Virus record (IMG/VR): IMGVR_UViG_3300030707_000003
Source: an uncultured virus (IMG/VR IMGVR_UViG_3300030707_000003)
Lineage: Duplodnaviria > Heunggongvirae > Uroviricota > Caudoviricetes
Strand: one strand, 5' to 3'
Length of the DNA: 64,000 nucleotides
Within the stretch, counting starts at the first letter, position 1, and each line of letters opens with the position of its first letter. A model generated the notes under the pieces. That model made no database searches. It was not told the origin of the DNA and was given only the letters and a program-made list of their open reading frames with translations. Of this stretch, positions 59,302 through 64,000 are shown piece by piece. The position numbers were made by a program, and so were the translations under genes.

Positions 59302-59836
59302 CTGCGGGGACCGCCTTCAGTGCCCGGCGCCGGGCGACGATCTCCGCGCCGGCTGCGATGTGCGCGCCGAGCGCCGCGTCCTCGGCCTTGCGGGTCAGCC
59401 CCAGGTCGTCCATCAGCTTCGCGTACGACGCCGGGTCCAGGCCGAGTGCCTTGCGCGCCTGGTCGGCGCCGCGCTCGGCGATCCGCCACGTCTCGATCAG
59501 CGCCTTGGTGCCGGGCATGGGCGGGAGCATCATCGCGGCGATGCTGCCCTGGACGGACATCAGCTCATCCATCCAGGCGTAGATCACATCGGTGATCACC
59601 TCGGCCCGGGCCCACGCCTGCAGCGCCCTGGCGTACATGGGGTGGCGGAGGTAGTCGGGGTAGTCGCCGCTTCGCAGCACGTCCCGGATGAACCGGGCCG
59701 TGCGCTCCTCGATCAGCCACCCGGCCGGGTAGTACGCGTCCCGCTTGCCGGACTTCTTCTTCCCGACCGGGACGCCCTGCAGCGGGGTCGCTCCGTCTTT
59801 CGCGTCACGCGGGATGTTCGGGCGTCTTCCGGCCAC
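59294..59836 (-). CDS. terS: terminase small subunit
   Basis: Overlaps terL; LGLDPASYAKL motif; GGAGCCGT-GTG start. Confidence 0.7.
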   Translation of the reverse strand: MAGRRPNIPRDAKDGATPLQGVPVGKKKSGKRDAYYPAGWLIEERTARFIRDVLRSGDYPDYLRHPMYARALQAWARAEVITDVIYAWMDELMSVQGSIAAMMLPPMPGTKALIETWRIAERGADQARKALGLDPASYAKLMDDLGLTRKAEDAALGAHIAAGAEIVARRRALKAVPADG

Positions 59837-59869
59837 ACGGCTCCCCTCTGGCATGGGATGATGGGAACC

Positions 59870-60082
59870 ATGGGATCAACGAGCATCACCGTGGATCAGG
59901 ACACGGCGATGGAGCTGCGGCAGATCAAGAACGACATGTCCCGGGCGGCGGGGCGGGTGGTGCCGCTGCCAGCGGTGATCATGACGCTGATCGCCTGCTG
60001 GCGGGAGCGGCAGCCGCGAGATCACGTCGCTGCGGTGATGGCCATGACAGACAGGGAGCTGAGCCGTGGCCGGCACGGGTGA
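59870..60082 (+). CDS. small RHH-like DNA-binding protein
   Basis: TSITVDQDTAMELRQIK; GATGAT-N7-ATG. Confidence 0.5.
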   Translation: MGSTSITVDQDTAMELRQIKNDMSRAAGRVVPLPAVIMTLIACWRERQPRDHVAAVMAMTDRELSRGRHG

Positions 60083-60291
60083 TGACCCGGTGAGCGATCA
60101 CCGGTGCTGGGCGTGCGCGATGAGCGAATGGCTCGGGAGGCCGCCGGCCCGTTTCGGGTCACGGGCGGCGATCTGGGCCTTGCTCTGCGCCGGTTTCTCG
60201 CTGGGCTGCGCGACAACCTGGACCTGTGCGTCCAGTCGATGACGCGTGTCCCCGTCCGGGCCGTGACGCTGACCGGGGAGGATGAGACGCC

Positions 60292-60555
60292 GTGAGCGAC
60301 ATCTGCATCGTGATCACCGAGGACCGGCACGCTGACACGGAGGTCACGCCGTTCGCCGGCGAGGCGGAGGCGCTCGCGTTCGCGGAGCAGCAGGCTCAGG
60401 ACGGCGCGCCTGATCCTGAGTCGATCACCGCTGAGGACCGCGAGCTGACCGATGGCATGAGAGCGGACGGCTGGCTCTGGTACTGCCGCTACAGCGGCGA
60501 GGGCGACAGCGTGCGGGTGGTCCGCCGCGAGCTGCGCGGGACGGCGGCGCCGTGA
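60292..60555 (+). CDS. hypothetical protein
   Basis: GTGA overlaps; EDRHAD motif. Confidence 0.6.
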   Translation: MSDICIVITEDRHADTEVTPFAGEAEALAFAEQQAQDGAPDPESITAEDRELTDGMRADGWLWYCRYSGEGDSVRVVRRELRGTAAP

Positions 60556-60748
60556 AGATCCTGTGGCACTCCATCCCGCCGAAGTGGGAGTTCACGCCCT
60601 ACGGGAAATCGATCCCGGAGCCGAACCTGTCCTGCCAGTCGCACGGGCTGATGATGCCGATGCCGGACTGGGGCGGACGCTGCTGGTACTGCGCCTTCGA
60701 TGAGGCGAAGGAGCGGCTGGCGGAGTTCCCGCTGCGGGAGGACGAGAC

Positions 60749-61270
60749 GTGAGCGACCTGGCAGCTTTCGCAGCCGCCCGGCTGGATGAGCGCCAGAAGA
60801 TGGCAGGCGAGCCGCGCACCTGGAAGGTAGCCCACCACGACTGCCGCGAGCCCCAGTGGGACCCCTGCACGGAGGACCCGTGCTCTTACGCCGCCGAGTG
60901 CGCTGAGGGCAGCTGCGGTCACCGCGTCATCGAGGGCAGCGACGGCATGACGATCTACGACGAGGGCGGTCACACGGAGGCGGAGGCCGCGCTGATCGCC
61001 GCGCACGACCCGGCCTGGGTGCTCCGTGACGTGGCGGCGAAGCGGGCGATCCTGGACCTCTACGCCAGGACGGAGGCTGCCAGGGACGAGTGCGAGGCGA
61101 GGATCCGGGCTGCCGCCAGCGCGCCCGCGGGCACCGTGCTGTCACCCGCCTGGGCGCGCGACCACGTGGACGCGGAACGGGAACTGCGCGCGCTTGAGCC
61201 TGTGGTTCTCGCTCTCGCCGCCATCGACAGTGATCACGCTGACTACGACCCGGGATGGGCGGTCCCGTGA
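60749..61270 (+). CDS. DUF6221-like protein
   Basis: LAAF..ARLDE...HDPA.VLRDVAAKRAIL...DHADY..W. Confidence 0.75.
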   Translation: MSDLAAFAAARLDERQKMAGEPRTWKVAHHDCREPQWDPCTEDPCSYAAECAEGSCGHRVIEGSDGMTIYDEGGHTEAEAALIAAHDPAWVLRDVAAKRAILDLYARTEAARDECEARIRAAASAPAGTVLSPAWARDHVDAERELRALEPVVLALAAIDSDHADYDPGWAVP

Positions 61271-61443
61271 GCGGTGGCTGACCTGATCGTGGCGGTCTCG
61301 TTCCTGGTGACCCTGGCCTGCGGGATCGCTGCCGCGGCCGCGCGGGACCCGTGGTGGCTGGCGGGCATGGCCACCGGGTTCATCGCGCTGCCCGCCTGCC
61401 GTAACCACATCACCAGAGGTCCCTGACGTGCGATAATGGGCAG

Positions 61444-61803
61444 ATGAGCACGAGGGCCGGGCGCCAGGAACTGCCTGCCGCTGACCGGGAGCGGCGCCGG
61501 GCGGCACGCGCCGGCAGCGACCGGCAGGCACGCGAGCGCATCCTGTCCGGGATCGTGCCGGGCGACCTGGCCGGCTACGTGGTGATCCGCGAGACCTGGC
61601 CGCACATCGCGTCCGCTCACGGAGGCCATCGTGCGCCCCGCAGCTCGCTGGTGACGGATCGCGCTGAGGCGGAGAGCGCCGCCGCCCGCGCCCAGGCCCA
61701 TGCCGACATCGACGCGGACGAGGCTGACTGCACGACCGTGTACTGGGTCGCCGAGGTCCGCAGGGCAGCCCCGCGTCCCGTCAGCGGGGAAGAGGACCGG
61801 TGA
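61444..61803 (+). CDS. hypothetical protein
   Basis: GATAAT-N6-ATG; chain with 61800..62075. Confidence 0.55.
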   Translation: MSTRAGRQELPAADRERRRAARAGSDRQARERILSGIVPGDLAGYVVIRETWPHIASAHGGHRAPRSSLVTDRAEAESAAARAQAHADIDADEADCTTVYWVAEVRRAAPRPVSGEEDR

Positions 61804-62503
61804 GCGCGGCGAACGACGCTTACAACGACGAGGCCAGGGTCGCCGGCCGGGTTCACGCCGAAGCGTGCGAGGCAGCGCGGATCGCCTTCTACGACTCGAT
61901 CGCGCCCCAGCGGGCCGTCTACGAGGCGGCGGCCAGGGCGGCGGGGGAAGCGCACCCGGCGGCTATCGCACAGGCGCGCGACGGCCGCGCCGCGGCGGCG
62001 CGGCCGGCCTTCGAGTGGGACGACACGACTCACAGGCTTGTCCCGGCCCGCTCCGGGGATACGGTGACACCGTGAGCAGGCCGGACCGGATCATGTTCAG
62101 CACTGCGGCGGCAGGATCGGGCTGCGCAGCCGGATTCGCACAGGGCGCGGGACTCCCGGCAGCCGCGGTCATCTGCTTCAGTGTCATGGCCGCCGGCTTC
62201 CTGCTCCTGATCGCCCTGCCGCGTTAGGCCCCGCAGATTTCCCGGTGCCCTGTCATGCCGCGCACGCAGGCCCGTCCAGCCACGACCCGCAGGCTCCGCA
62301 CCAGAACCGCCCCGAGCACGGACGCGGCAGCGCCCTCACCGCGGACGGCTTCGCCCCGGGCGGCGACGGGACCGGGACCATCGGGTGAGCGTGCGGGTGC
62401 GGCGCGTGAGCACCCGCATTCGCGCAGCAGGACGGGCCGCAGTACCTCGCGCCGGGCATGGCCACCGGATCGCCGCAGGCGGCGCACAGGCGGGCGCTTC
62501 CGC

Positions 62504-62779
62504 TCACAGCCACTCCCCGCACGCCGTGCACCGGCCGTCGCTGATCGCCTCAGCCGGGTGCGGGCACCTCGGCGCGGCGCTTCCCGCAGCCTCAAGATCG
62601 TCGCGGAGTCCGGCGCTCTCCCTGATGGCCGCGTCCAGCGATGTCCGCAGGCGCCCGTTCTCAGCCGACAGCCGCGACACGTCAGCCTCAAGATCCGCGA
62701 TCCGCTCACGATCAGCGGTGCGCTCCTCCCGCTGGCGCTCCCGCCACGCCGCCTGGTACTGGGCGTTCGTCCTCGGCAT
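62504..62779 (-). CDS. basic/coiled-coil protein, possible DNA binder
   Basis: MPRTNAQYQAAWRERQR plus heptad repeat and zinc motif. Confidence 0.6.
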   Translation of the reverse strand: MPRTNAQYQAAWRERQREERTADRERIADLEADVSRLSAENGRLRTSLDAAIRESAGLRDDLEAAGSAAPRCPHPAEAISDGRCTACGEWL

Positions 62780-62874
62780 AAGCCCAGCGTAACACTGCCT
62801 AACGTAAGGAGCGGCCGGACCGGGGCGAAACTAACGTAAGGACAGGCCCGGAACGGCGCCGCGGGCCCTGATCC

Positions 62875-63180
62875 TTACGAAACATCGTTCTCCGGCCCCG
62901 GCAGGACCACCGGCCGCGACGGCAGGTCCCCCGGCGGCCCCGTGATCACCCCCTCCCGCGCCAGCGCCCACACATCCGCCGCGAACCGGTCAGCCACGGC
63001 CCTCAGCGGGTCAGGAGGCGCGCCCTCCACCGACGCCCAGTACGCGTCCACCCCCCACTCCACCACCGCCGCCAGCTGCTGCCCCGACGCCTTCCAGCGG
63101 GCATACACCCGCCACGGCAGCTTCACCGACGTGTGCACTGACCTGGGCACGCCCGTCTCCCGGCAGAACAGAAGGGACAA
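62875..63180 (-). CDS. hypothetical RHH-like protein
   Basis: HTSVKLP; GGAGGTGA upstream. Confidence 0.45.
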   Translation of the reverse strand: MSLLFCRETGVPRSVHTSVKLPWRVYARWKASGQQLAAVVEWGVDAYWASVEGAPPDPLRAVADRFAADVWALAREGVITGPPGDLPSRPVVLPGPENDVS

Positions 63181-64000
63181 AACGGACTCACCTCCCGGAA
63201 CACGGGAAATATGCAGGGCGGGTAGTCGGGGTCAGGGACGGCCGGTCACCGTCTCAGCGATCACCCGGGCGCGGCGCGCGTCATCCGCGGGCGTCATCCC
63301 ATCCCCCGCGTGCGCGCTGCCTGCCATCCCTCACGTATCCCATGGTCTGGACTTGCCCGCGCTGCCCGCTCGCGCGGTGCCGTGACCTGGGGCGATGCGC
63401 GCTGCCTGCCCTGGCATGCTCCGTGGTCTGGAGTACAGATCAGAGCACGGGGTTGACGCTGCTTCCACGTTGGGTATACCATGAGTGCATGATGACGGAC
63501 AGCAAGCCAGGAGGCGGTCCCGGGATGAGCAGCCAGGATGCAAGTTGCAGTGCAGATTCTAGCGGCATTGCGGAGACGTACGGCCAGCTGGTCGCGCGGT
63601 ATGACCGGCTCATCGGGGCGCTGCAGCGTGACGGCAGGCAGGTGCCGAAGGCTAAGCGGTTCGCTTGCCATGCGGAGGCTGCTTGACGAGCGGAACGCCG
63701 CCATCGGGCGGATGTTCCCGGACCAGATCTAGCCAGGAGGATTCGATGACCAGGACAGAGGCGATGGACCTGACGGCGCAGACCTGGGACGGCAGGCCGC
63801 CATGGGTGCGGGCATGCTCGCTTCCCGGGTGCGTGATTACCTCGGATCACCAGCACGGGACGCAGCGCGAGGCCGCGGCTGATGAGCCGGCGCAGTGGGC
63901 CCGGCAGTACACCGCGGGATACGAGCACGGCCGCAGTGACGCGAGGTTCTGCCGTGACCCGCGCGAGGGCGCGCTGGCCGCGATTCCGGCTGAGCTGCCT

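Noticed and set aside
63190..63260. Possible cos/pac packaging site upstream of terS
   Set aside because: Plausible position, but no diagnostic sequence; needs read-terminus data

Overview
High-GC actinobacterial siphovirus or prophage segment. The late module runs on the minus strand: small and large terminase (59836-57643), about 10 kb of small accessory ORFs plus an initiator-like tRNA-Met, a portal-MuF-ParB-NUDIX fusion, a free-standing HNH gene, head/fibre genes, prohead protease/scaffold, major capsid, a seven-gene glycan synthesis and modification cluster, head-tail and tail genes, tape measure, minor tails, a holin-like gene and an amidase endolysin. The most striking feature is the amount of recoding in virion genes. 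(1) The capsid gene is split by four group I introns, two carrying DUF559-type endonuclease ORFs, leaving 29-nt and 27-nt micro-exons; the spliced product is 620 aa. (2) Two late genes are broken by 10-nt and 7-nt gaps that start at a rare TTA codon in a hairpin, which suggests UUA-triggered ribosomal bypassing. (3) The portal appears to start at ATC. (4) There is a standard -1 tail-chaperone frameshift. Also seen: a 20-aa capsid motif copied into the portal fusion just before its NUDIX domain, a copy of the portal N-terminal motif in an accessory ORF, two orphan antitoxins, and antisense genes with leaderless promoters. All calls come from manual reading; no database searches were run.
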